A DNA stretch of 52,367 nucleotides from Verrucomicrobiota bacterium (lineage in GTDB: Bacteria > Verrucomicrobiota > Verrucomicrobiia > Limisphaerales > SXQI01). Shown here piece by piece: positions 21,598 to 30,395 of this stretch (position 1 is its first letter; each line of letters starts with the position of its first letter). Under the pieces are notes generated by a model, which saw only the letters and a list, made by a program, of their open reading frames with translations, was not told where the DNA came from and searched no databases. Location: assembly GCA_033762115.1 (NCBI GenBank), contig JANRLX010000016.1:1-52367 (forward strand). The letters run 5' to 3'. The translations under genes and the position numbers were made by a program.

Positions 21598-22260
21598 TTA
21601 TTTGCTGAACACGTCCGGCAGCGGCTTGACAGCGGAATTGGTCTCTTTGGCAGTTCCCGCCGGGGCATCGAGGTTGCCTGCTGGAGCGTCAGCGTTCATG
21701 GCTGTTAGAATTTCCTGGGTAAGATCGTTTTGCCCGCTGTGATAAAACAGAACTGGAGTCTGGTTGATGCTCTCGGCAGCAGTGTCAATCACATGGGTAT
21801 AGCCCGCTGTTTTCGCCCTGGCGTTCACCAATTCCCGGATTTTATCCAGAATCGTGTCACGCATCCGCCGTTTCTGTTCTTCCAGGGAGGCACGGGTTTG
21901 TCGCTCGAACTGGACGACACTTTTTTCGATTTCCTGCAACTCGGACAATTTCCCTTCCGCGCCTTTTTTGCGCTTCTCCCGCTCCTCGGCGGAGACCGCC
22001 TGATCGTTGCTTCCTTCAATCAATTTTCGATACTCATCACGGGCCTTTTCAAAATCCTCCCGCATTCCTTTCATCACCTTCTCGGCTTCCCCTGCCCGCT
22101 CTTTCAACTGGGCATCAGCCTGTTTGGTTTTGTAATAACCGTCGAATACCGTCTTCAGGTTAATGATCCCGATTTTTTGCTGCTGCGCGCTGACGCTGAT
22201 GCAACATGCTGTCATCACCGCGATCAATGCCGCGACCCTTTTCAAATTCATCATTTTCAT
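21598..22260 (-). CDS. skp: OmpH/Skp outer-membrane protein chaperone
   Basis: Signal peptide, KIGIINL, a long coiled coil and DLTQEIL. Directly downstream of bamA. Confidence 0.9.
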   Translation of the reverse strand: MKMMNLKRVAALIAVMTACCISVSAQQQKIGIINLKTVFDGYYKTKQADAQLKERAGEAEKVMKGMREDFEKARDEYRKLIEGSNDQAVSAEEREKRKKGAEGKLSELQEIEKSVVQFERQTRASLEEQKRRMRDTILDKIRELVNARAKTAGYTHVIDTAAESINQTPVLFYHSGQNDLTQEILTAMNADAPAGNLDAPAGTAKETNSAVKPLPDVFSK

Positions 22261-22267
22261 GTGTTCT

Positions 22268-24625
22268 TTAATAATCCCGAGTAAAGCCTACGCTAAATTG
22301 AAATTTTCCACTGTCACTGGTGAACCGGTCATCATGCCGGATCGGAATACCGTAATCCAGGCGCAACGGCCCCAGCCTCGGAATATTCAGACGTATCCCG
22401 ACACCCCAGTTATCAGAATATTCCGAAAAATCGTAGTCATAACTGTCGGCATAAACATTACCGATATCGTAGAACAGCGCAAATTTAAGCCGCTCGATAA
22501 TCGGAATGGAATATTCCACCGAACCCATCCAGAAGGTATTTCCACCCACCGGTTCAAAATTCCCGTTCGGGGCCTGCTCATGCGGTCCCACTGTGCGATA
22601 ACGATACCCGCGAAGCGAAGTCACGCCACCAAGGAAAAATCGATCAAACAGATGGACCCGGGGCGAGTCGTCATACGCTTCCACCACACCGCTCTTGCCG
22701 ATGATTTCCCAGGTATGTCCCTCCCAAAAACCGGGGAAATACCAGAATGTCCTCAGCTCAAGTTTGTAAAAATCCGCTTCCGCTCCCAGCGGTCCACCCG
22801 CCAGTTCTGTCAGCAACTCGGTTTTCTGCCCACGAGAGGGGCTGACCGCATTATTTCGCGTGTCGTAGGTAATTCCTGCCCCGACCTTGGAGACCAGGGT
22901 GCTTCCCTCCTCCTGCTGAATGACCAAAGGCGCTTCGAATGGATCAACATCATCAATGCTGATATTTTCCAGTGTGTAGCTGACCGAGGCACTGAAATTA
23001 TAGGGCAATGCCCTGGTCAGGCTCAGTCGCCCACCAGTCTGGGTCAGGTCATAAACATCGCTGAAATAATTCAGCTCGCTATGGTAAAGATCGACTCCCA
23101 GCGCCAACCGACGCCCTAAAAACCAGGGCTCCGTAAATGAAATTTCGTAATTCTTCCGCCTCAACCCAATGGTCACACCAATACGCAATTTCTGCCCACC
23201 GCCGCGAAAATAGGGAGGATTGAACAGGTCGAAGTTTCCTTCGCGATAACCGACGAAGCCAAACAAACTATCGATTGAACTGAATCCTGCTCCCAGTTCC
23301 AGATGCCCGGTCGTGCCCTCCTCAACGTCGATGATCAGGTTCTTCCGGTTTGGAACATCGGTGTCTTCCTTTTCAGTCTCGACCTTGTCGAAGTACTGCA
23401 TCTGTTCAAGGATGCTTTTACTCCGCTTCACCCGCACCATGTCAAAGGTTTCCCCGGGTGACACCGCCAATTCACGGCGCAACACCTTGTCTTTGGTTTT
23501 GGTGTTGCCACGAATCTCAATCTTCTCAATGAACGATTTTCCCTTCTCTTCATCCATGATCTGGTAAACCAGATCCATCGTTCCCCGTTCGGTATTTGGG
23601 TTTTTAATCGCCCGAACCCAGGTATCCACATAACCGCGAGACCCATAAAAATCCCGTATGGCCTCAATGTCCTCGCTCAATCCCTTGGGTGTGAAAGTTT
23701 CACCCTCCAGCATCTTCATCCGGATTGGGGTGCCCACGGAGATGATCCCGTTCCTGATCTCTTCGGCCTTGAATTCCTTGTTCCCCTTCAGTTCAACATT
23801 TCCCACCTTGTACTGCTGCCCCTCATCCACAAAAAAGCGGATGATCATTTTATTCGGGCTCACGTAATCGTACTTGATGTCCTGAATCTCGAAATCGATA
23901 TAGCCAGCCTGACGATAAAAATCCGCCAGGGTCTCCTTGTCCTCCTGGAACTGGTCATCCTTCAAAACCCCGCTGCCGGTGATCCATGAGAGAAACCAAT
24001 GCCGCCTGGTTTTAATCGCTTTCCTGAGCTTTCGCTGCTTGAACGCTTCGGCCCCAATGAACTGGACATCCTCAATCTTGATTTTTGGCGCTTCCTTGAT
24101 CTCGAACGTGGCGCTTCCCCGCCCCGCGCTCTCCTCGATATTCAGGACATATTTGACCTCCGTCCGTTGATAACCGGACTTCTGGTACATCTTCTGGATT
24201 TCCTGGGCATCTGCGAAAAGCTTCCGTTCATCGAGCGGATCGCCTGTTTTTGAAGAAACCTTTTTGAGAATTTTTTTGCGGCTGTACTTTTGATTTCCTT
24301 CGATGTTGATCTCGGAGAGCACTGGCTTTCCCTGCAAAACATAAACCAGTTTGATCCCCTTCTCACCCGGTTCCATTGCCACCTGGATATTGTAAAATAA
24401 TCCGGTGGCATAAAGGTTCCGCACATCATCATCCACACTGGTGCGGGTGTAGGTGTCACCCTCCTTGATCCGGATATTTCCGCGAATCAGCGATTCACTC
24501 GCTGCTTCCGGCCCAATATGGCGAACTTCGATCTTCTCGATAGTTTGGGACGCCTGCCCGTAGGCAGTTACAAGGGAACACAAAATCAGGACAAAACATG
24601 TCCATCGACGAACAACAAATTTCAT
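22268..24625 (-). CDS. bamA: Outer-membrane protein assembly factor BamA
   Basis: POTRA repeats (GNTKTKDKVLRRE), LRGY loop-6 motif and a C-terminal FQFSVG strand. Start set at ATG 24625. Confidence 0.95.
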   Translation of the reverse strand: MKFVVRRWTCFVLILCSLVTAYGQASQTIEKIEVRHIGPEAASESLIRGNIRIKEGDTYTRTSVDDDVRNLYATGLFYNIQVAMEPGEKGIKLVYVLQGKPVLSEINIEGNQKYSRKKILKKVSSKTGDPLDERKLFADAQEIQKMYQKSGYQRTEVKYVLNIEESAGRGSATFEIKEAPKIKIEDVQFIGAEAFKQRKLRKAIKTRRHWFLSWITGSGVLKDDQFQEDKETLADFYRQAGYIDFEIQDIKYDYVSPNKMIIRFFVDEGQQYKVGNVELKGNKEFKAEEIRNGIISVGTPIRMKMLEGETFTPKGLSEDIEAIRDFYGSRGYVDTWVRAIKNPNTERGTMDLVYQIMDEEKGKSFIEKIEIRGNTKTKDKVLRRELAVSPGETFDMVRVKRSKSILEQMQYFDKVETEKEDTDVPNRKNLIIDVEEGTTGHLELGAGFSSIDSLFGFVGYREGNFDLFNPPYFRGGGQKLRIGVTIGLRRKNYEISFTEPWFLGRRLALGVDLYHSELNYFSDVYDLTQTGGRLSLTRALPYNFSASVSYTLENISIDDVDPFEAPLVIQQEEGSTLVSKVGAGITYDTRNNAVSPSRGQKTELLTELAGGPLGAEADFYKLELRTFWYFPGFWEGHTWEIIGKSGVVEAYDDSPRVHLFDRFFLGGVTSLRGYRYRTVGPHEQAPNGNFEPVGGNTFWMGSVEYSIPIIERLKFALFYDIGNVYADSYDYDFSEYSDNWGVGIRLNIPRLGPLRLDYGIPIRHDDRFTSDSGKFQFSVGFTRDY

Positions 24626-24632
24626 TAAACTT

Positions 24633-26105
24633 CTAATCTGCAGGCATATCTTCCGCTGCGACTTTGGCCGCGCTCTCAAAGCGGGTGTAACTCTTCAGGA
24701 ATGTCAAATGGACATCCCCGGTCGGTCCATTTCGCTGTTTGGCTACGAGCAGATTGACTGGAACAGCCTGCAGGTCCGATCCTGCGTTCTCTTCTTCCTC
24801 ACCGCTCCCTTTATCCGCATTGGCTTTATACAATAGAGCCACAAGGTCGGCATCCTGTTCAATCGCGCCGGATTCACGCAAGTCAGACAATCGCGGCTTT
24901 CGGCTTTTGTCTTTCTCGAATTCACGGTTCAGCTGCGCCAAAACGATCACTGGCACGTCCAGTTCCTTCGCTAAAGCTTTCACCCCGTTGGAAATCTGCG
25001 CGATCTCCTGCTGCCTGTTTTCGATTCGTGAGGAACTAGAATTCAGCAACTGCAAGTAGTCAATCACAAACAACTTGATCCCATGCTGCTGATGCATCCG
25101 CCGCGCTTTCGCCCTCAATTGTAAAATGCTCAATCCCGCAGTGTCATCAATGAATAGCGGAGCGCCGGCCAGCTTCCCGGCGGCCCCCGTCAATTTCGGA
25201 AAATCACGTTCCGCCAGAAACCCGTCCCGGATATTGCGCATGTTCACACGCGCCCTCGAACAAAGCATCCTCAACACCAGCGACTCCGCGCTCATTTCAA
25301 GGCTGAAGACCCCCACCGGCTGCTTCTGGTCAATGCAAACAGCCTCCGCAATGTTCATTGCCAGCGAGGTCTTGCCCATCGAGGGACGCGCCGCGATGAC
25401 TATCATCTCCCCCCCATGCATTCCGCTGGTCATTCGATCCAGATCGGGAAAACCAGTCCCCAGCCCCGTCAACATTCCCTGTCGCTGGTGATAATCCTCA
25501 ATCGTGTTAATTGCCTTGTGGACCAGGTCCTTGATTGCCTGGGATTTCCCCTCCACCCGATCTTCACTGATTTGCAGGACATCCCGTTCCACTTCATCGA
25601 GCAACCCATCCACGTTTCCTTCGTGCTCATAAACCCGTCCCACAACCCCGGTGCAGGTCTGGATCATCCGCCGCAGGATGAATTTCTCCCGCACGATACT
25701 GGTGTAATATTCCAGGTTTGCCGCGGAGGGCACCCCATCCACCAAAGCGCTCAGGTAAGCGATGCCTCCCATCCCCTCAAGCTGATTTTGATCCTTTAAA
25801 ACCTGCTGGACCGTGATGATATCAATCGGCTTCTTTTCGTCGTACATCCCCACCAGCACATCGAATAAATGCTGGTGCCGCAGGTCATAAAACACCTCGC
25901 TGCCACGCTTAAATTTTTCAATGCAAATCCCCAGGCTTTCGCTCGGCGCCTGCAACAAACATCCAAGCACCCCCTGCTCCGCCTCAATCGAATGCGGCGG
26001 CAACCGATCAATTTTCGGTGGCGATGGCAAAGCGGGTTTTTCCGAACGGCGGCGTCCCTTTCGAAAATCCGGAGAGGCGGAGGTTGCGTCAGTAGTGTCG
26101 ATCAT
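24633..26105 (-). CDS. dnaB: Replicative DNA helicase
   Basis: PPHSIEAEQGVLG, AARPSMGKT, IDYLQL, LAQLNR, SDLRESGAIEQDAD and KQRNGPTG. Confidence 0.97.
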   Translation of the reverse strand: MIDTTDATSASPDFRKGRRRSEKPALPSPPKIDRLPPHSIEAEQGVLGCLLQAPSESLGICIEKFKRGSEVFYDLRHQHLFDVLVGMYDEKKPIDIITVQQVLKDQNQLEGMGGIAYLSALVDGVPSAANLEYYTSIVREKFILRRMIQTCTGVVGRVYEHEGNVDGLLDEVERDVLQISEDRVEGKSQAIKDLVHKAINTIEDYHQRQGMLTGLGTGFPDLDRMTSGMHGGEMIVIAARPSMGKTSLAMNIAEAVCIDQKQPVGVFSLEMSAESLVLRMLCSRARVNMRNIRDGFLAERDFPKLTGAAGKLAGAPLFIDDTAGLSILQLRAKARRMHQQHGIKLFVIDYLQLLNSSSSRIENRQQEIAQISNGVKALAKELDVPVIVLAQLNREFEKDKSRKPRLSDLRESGAIEQDADLVALLYKANADKGSGEEEENAGSDLQAVPVNLLVAKQRNGPTGDVHLTFLKSYTRFESAAKVAAEDMPAD

Positions 26106-26150
26106 GGCTCAACAAAGAAAACAAAATTCAGGGAAAAGAGGATAGCATAA

Positions 26151-26190
26151 CTTACCCAGACTATACCCATTTTATCCCAGCTTATTCACA
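26151..26190 (+). promoter_or_regulatory. DnaA box plus degenerate tandem copies upstream of dnaB
   Basis: Consensus TTATTCACA at 26182-26190, preceded at about 10-nt spacing by CTTACCCAG, CTATACCCA and TTATCCCAG. Confidence 0.45.
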
Positions 26191-26264
26191 GAAGAACAAG
26201 AATAACTCAGGTCAGTTGCTTTCGCATATTTGAATCGATCGTATCTGAAGTTAAATTGTCGGTT

Positions 26265-26588
26265 ATGGAACAAGAGGATCCCTCGTATTATACGCAAAAA
26301 ATGCCGCCGTTTTGGAAAATTTATTCTCGGCTTTTTGGGTTTACAGCTTTTTCCAGCATCCTGCTCATCGCCTGGCTTGATAACTGGATTTACGCCCTGA
26401 TCCCTTGCACGGTCGCACTGATTTGCCTGGTTCACATGTATTATTTCGTCCGTTGTCCCCGCTGTGCTCGACGACTTAGCCCTCGCACGGCCAAAAAACA
26501 ACCCGACTCCGAACGCTACCTTTATGACTGTCCTGAATGCAAAATCACCTGGGACCCCCATTTGATTTTCGACCCGCCAAGCGCCTGA
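26265..26588 (+). CDS. Small membrane protein with a C-terminal zinc ribbon
   Basis: Two TM segments followed by CPRC...CPEC. Fills the rluD-dnaB gap. Confidence 0.65.
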   Translation: MEQEDPSYYTQKMPPFWKIYSRLFGFTAFSSILLIAWLDNWIYALIPCTVALICLVHMYYFVRCPRCARRLSPRTAKKQPDSERYLYDCPECKITWDPHLIFDPPSA

Positions 26589-26612
26589 AGGGATTCAGTT
26601 ATGCGAGATAAT

Positions 26613-27569
26613 TTAAACCTCGAACGTTCCTCCAAGAGTTCTGATCGCAGCTTTAAAATCCTCCGGGACAGGCGCGATGAATTGCAGTTCCACTTTCCTG
26701 GTTGGATGTGTGAACGCGAGTTTCCAGGCGTGCAGGATTTGGCGAGAAGGTTTGAAGCGGGTCTGTGATACAAGCCGCTTGTTTTGCCTTTCGCCATAAA
26801 GGTCATCCCCCACCAGCGGGTATCCCAGATGTTGAAAATGGACGCGGATTTGATGGGTGCGACCGGTATGGAGCGTTGCCTCCACAAGGGTCGCAGCCTT
26901 TAATCGTTCCAGCACCCGGTAACTCGTCCAGGCTTCCCTTCCGTTTCCATCTTTAGTTACTGCCATTCGCTTTCGATAGGTCGGATGCCGCGCAATAGCC
27001 GCTTTGATCTCCCCGCTCTTTTCCGGCAACAGGCCGCAGAGTAATGCCAGGTAACTTTTTGCTACTGTGCGTTGCTCAAATTGGACGCTCAACCCAAGGT
27101 GGGTTGTGTCGTTCTTTGCCACAACAATGCAGCCGCTCGTATCTTTATCCAGTCGATGGACAATGCCAGGGCGGGCAATCCCACCAATCCCGCTAAGCTG
27201 CCCGTGGCAATGGTGAAGTAACGCGTTTACTAATGTATGCTCATCATGGCCCACGGCAGGGTGCACAACCAAACCAGGTGGTTTGTTAATCACCAGCAGA
27301 TCAGCGTCCTCAAACAATATTTCCAGGGAAATTTCCTCCGGCAATGCCTCAGCCCGCTTCGGCTCCGGCCACGAAATGTCAATGAGATCCCCTGCACGCG
27401 GGCTTTGGGTCGGTTTGGCGGCAGTGGAATTCACGAGGATATGTCCATCATTAATGAGCCGCTGAAAGGCACCCCTGGAAACCGCCGGAAACTTCTCTTT
27501 CAGGAAAACATCCAGGCGGAGATCGGGGTACGATTGCTCCACAACGATTTGGTCCCGCCGTTCACCCAT
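26613..27569 (-). CDS. rluD: RluA-family pseudouridine synthase (RluD-like)
   Basis: N-terminal S4 domain (RLDVFL), NKPPGLVVHP, HRLDKDTSG and TGRTHQIRVH. Confidence 0.9.
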   Translation of the reverse strand: MGERRDQIVVEQSYPDLRLDVFLKEKFPAVSRGAFQRLINDGHILVNSTAAKPTQSPRAGDLIDISWPEPKRAEALPEEISLEILFEDADLLVINKPPGLVVHPAVGHDEHTLVNALLHHCHGQLSGIGGIARPGIVHRLDKDTSGCIVVAKNDTTHLGLSVQFEQRTVAKSYLALLCGLLPEKSGEIKAAIARHPTYRKRMAVTKDGNGREAWTSYRVLERLKAATLVEATLHTGRTHQIRVHFQHLGYPLVGDDLYGERQNKRLVSQTRFKPSRQILHAWKLAFTHPTRKVELQFIAPVPEDFKAAIRTLGGTFEV

Positions 27570-27575
27570 GTAAAA

Positions 27576-28358
27576 TCAGGCGACGGCTGGGCGTGAACTG
27601 CTTTTGATTCGGCTGAGCATCCACCAGAGCACCAGGCCCGTGGCCATGATCCCGATGCTGATCGCCTGGCCCGGCGTGGTCAATCCAGCAATGAAATAGC
27701 GGTCATAATCTCCGCGGAACGATTCAACAATCGCTCGCAGGCAGGCATAGCCGATCAGGTAAGCTGCAAAAATCTGACCATCGAATTTTTTGCGATTGTA
27801 AAGCCACATCAACCCGAAAAACAGCAGCAGGTACAGCAGCGAATCATAAAACTGGGTTGGATGCACTCCAACCCCATGCGTCCAATGTTCCTTGGGAAAA
27901 TGGATCGCCCAGGGAAGGTCGGTGGGGCGACCGTAGCAACAGCCTGTCATAAGACAACCGATCCTTCCAAAAAAATGCCCGAGGGCCACGCTGGGTGCCA
28001 TGATGTCACCGATTTTCCACAAGGCAAAGCGCTTGAGATAACAATAAAGGATGGTGGCCAGGGATGAACCGATCAGCCCGCCATAAAAAACCAAGCCGCT
28101 CCGACGAATCATGATCACCTCGTAAAGCGGTTTTCCAGCGAACTCCTCCTTCCAGTAACTCAGAACATACAGAAGGCGTGCTCCAATGATTGCCCCAATG
28201 ATAATCCAGGGCGCGAGATTCATGATCGCTTCAGCAGGAATCCCTTCACGGCTCGCCCTTCTGCCAGCGCTCCAGAACGCCACCATGAAAGCGGTGGCGG
28301 CAAGGATGCCGTACCAATAAATGGTCAGGCCAAAAATTGTAAATGCTTCACTATGCAC
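27576..28358 (-). CDS. lgt: Prolipoprotein diacylglyceryl transferase
   Basis: WYG, GARL, GLVFYGG, GRIGC..GCCYG, HPTQFY and ESFRGD. Confidence 0.93.
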   Translation of the reverse strand: MHSEAFTIFGLTIYWYGILAATAFMVAFWSAGRRASREGIPAEAIMNLAPWIIIGAIIGARLLYVLSYWKEEFAGKPLYEVIMIRRSGLVFYGGLIGSSLATILYCYLKRFALWKIGDIMAPSVALGHFFGRIGCLMTGCCYGRPTDLPWAIHFPKEHWTHGVGVHPTQFYDSLLYLLLFFGLMWLYNRKKFDGQIFAAYLIGYACLRAIVESFRGDYDRYFIAGLTTPGQAISIGIMATGLVLWWMLSRIKSSSRPAVA

Positions 28359-28425
28359 GTGCGCAAAGTGGTATTCTAAACTTCACCCTTCCGCGTGGCA
28401 AGCAGGCCATCCCTCATCCTCTTGC

Positions 28426-29166
28426 TCAGGCATGGCTGAAAAAGGAGCGGCGCACGAGCGAATTGACATCCAGGAATGATCCGCTGGAATGATGTTTGCA
28501 ACTTTCAAACGCAGTAATCAACCGTTCAGCCGCTTCTTCAGGTTCTGGCATCATCGGGGTGCCCCGCGCCTGCCGAAGGGTTTCCAGTGAATTGAACCTG
28601 CCATCATGGGGCACTTCCGCGAGTTCCGCCTGCATCGGTGTATCAACAATCCCCGGGGCCAGGGCTGTAAAATGGGTGTCCATCTGTTCTGCGGCATAAA
28701 GCGCAATCAACATGTTAAGAGCCGCCTTGGAAATCGAGTAGCTGTTCCATCCCCGGTTTGCACTGCTCGCCGCGCCCGAGGAAATCGCCACCACCTGGGT
28801 AACTGGCAACGCGAGTTCGGTAAAGCAATCCAAAACCACTTTATTGGCCCAAAGGTTGATGTCCATCACCCGCTTGACCTCATGCAACGAAGTTTCTGCA
28901 AGGTCGGCAATAGGGCCGAGGATGGCTGCATTAAGAATGACAAGATCCAACTGTGGAGCATCCTTGAGCAGTTCCTTGATTTCGGGTTTGGTCCCTTCCA
29001 GAAGTTCCAGATCAATCTGTTTGAATTGAAATTGCGGATGGCCCATCAGCTGGACCGGTTTTCGACGGCTCAAACCGTAAACAGTGTTATTCCGCCGAAG
29101 GAATTCTTCCGCAAGCGCAAGACCGATCCCGGAGCTGACACCGGTAATGAAGATATTTTTAGACAT
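28426..29166 (-). CDS. Short-chain dehydrogenase/reductase
   Basis: TGVSSGIG, NAA, SSGA, YSISK (YxxxK) and PGIVDT. Start set at ATG 29166. Confidence 0.9.
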   Translation of the reverse strand: MSKNIFITGVSSGIGLALAEEFLRRNNTVYGLSRRKPVQLMGHPQFQFKQIDLELLEGTKPEIKELLKDAPQLDLVILNAAILGPIADLAETSLHEVKRVMDINLWANKVVLDCFTELALPVTQVVAISSGAASSANRGWNSYSISKAALNMLIALYAAEQMDTHFTALAPGIVDTPMQAELAEVPHDGRFNSLETLRQARGTPMMPEPEEAAERLITAFESCKHHSSGSFLDVNSLVRRSFFSHA

Positions 29167-29267
29167 AGGGTAGTATGATCTCTTCGGAACTCGTGCAGGA
29201 CACCGAAGATTTTTAAAACAGCCCGGGCAGCGACCGGACAAAACGTATTTTGAGAATGGAGAAGATT

Positions 29268-29320
29268 GAAAAAAAATAAAATCAGGCAGGCACCCTATTA
29301 AGGTTTAGAAGCCTGCCTGA
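29268..29320 (-). terminator. Rho-independent terminator after the PEP-CTERM gene
   Basis: TCAGGCAGGC...GCCTGCCTGA stem followed on the minus strand by TTTTATTTTTTT. Confidence 0.65.
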
Positions 29321-29335
29321 GAGAAACTGAAGAGA

Positions 29336-30034
29336 TTAGGCTGCAGACACGGAAGCAGCAGGAGCGGCAGCTTTTCGGCGGACGCGTTCCAATGCCAGGA
29401 CACCGCCCAACAGGAAAATACCTGCAAGCGTGGTCTTGGTTTCTGGAACAAGAATCTCGTCATCGCCGATTTTCACACTATCTTCATCACATCCCACACC
29501 CTGAACATGGGCCATGGTAAAAAGACCGTGTGATTCAGCCAGGGCAAAGTCGCTGGCATTGATCCCACCGGCATCAATGAAACTGATGCGAACAGAATCG
29601 TTATTATCAAAACGGTTCGCGCCGGTATTATTTTTGATCGTCAAGTTGAAATCGAAATCAAACGAACCAAGGCCGTTCCCAAAGCCATTGATTTTTTTGG
29701 AACCACTCTGGTAGCCAAGCGAAAAATTACCGAATGTCCCAGTCTTGGAAACCACCGACATATTCAAATCTGAAGGGCTTCCGGAGTAATTAAACCACCA
29801 ATTACCAAGGAAACCTCCATCCAGATGCACAGCTTCCAACACAAGATCAACGCGGGTGGAGGAAACTTCAGTGAAGGTGGCCCGCAGCCATGTTTCATTC
29901 ACACTGACAGGGCTAGAGGTGACTTTGCGGTCCAACTCGTAAACCAGGGAAACAATTGCGTGAGAAGAGGTGCTGCCAGCCAAAAGCCCGGCGGCAATCA
30001 GACCGCTTCGAACCAAATTTGATGAAAATGTCAT
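29336..30034 (-). CDS. PEP-CTERM-type sorting-domain surface protein
   Basis: Signal peptide (...STSSHA). C-terminus is VPE-TKT, a TM helix (TLAGIFLLGGVLAL) and a basic cluster (RVRRK). Confidence 0.85.
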   Translation of the reverse strand: MTFSSNLVRSGLIAAGLLAGSTSSHAIVSLVYELDRKVTSSPVSVNETWLRATFTEVSSTRVDLVLEAVHLDGGFLGNWWFNYSGSPSDLNMSVVSKTGTFGNFSLGYQSGSKKINGFGNGLGSFDFDFNLTIKNNTGANRFDNNDSVRISFIDAGGINASDFALAESHGLFTMAHVQGVGCDEDSVKIGDDEILVPETKTTLAGIFLLGGVLALERVRRKAAAPAASVSAA

Positions 30035-30395
30035 ATGTTTTCCAGTCTGTTCAGGGCAGCTCTGTTCAAACCTGAACTTATTGAATCATAATATCAGAAT
30101 TCATGCAAGTGAAATTTTGGCTAAAGAGCTTCCCTGTTGTCTACGGCTCTCCCTCTATCATCGGAAGCTCGCCCATTTGGGTGAATAGTATATCCACGCA
30201 GTTCGCAACGTTCCTTAATGGATTTGACTTCGAACCTGAGTTTTGCCCCAATCCTTTGGATGAACAAGACCGCTCCAGCCTCCATAGGCATTACTATGCC
30301 AAATGGAAAACGGCATGGTTGCCGATGAATTTGTAATGGGTTCTTTCAAGAGTAGCCGAACGCATGTCGCGATTTGGGATTTAAACATCAGAACT

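Noticed and set aside
30346..30360. GAGTAGC resembling a yybP-ykoY Mn riboswitch core
   Set aside because: The other conserved elements and their order are absent.
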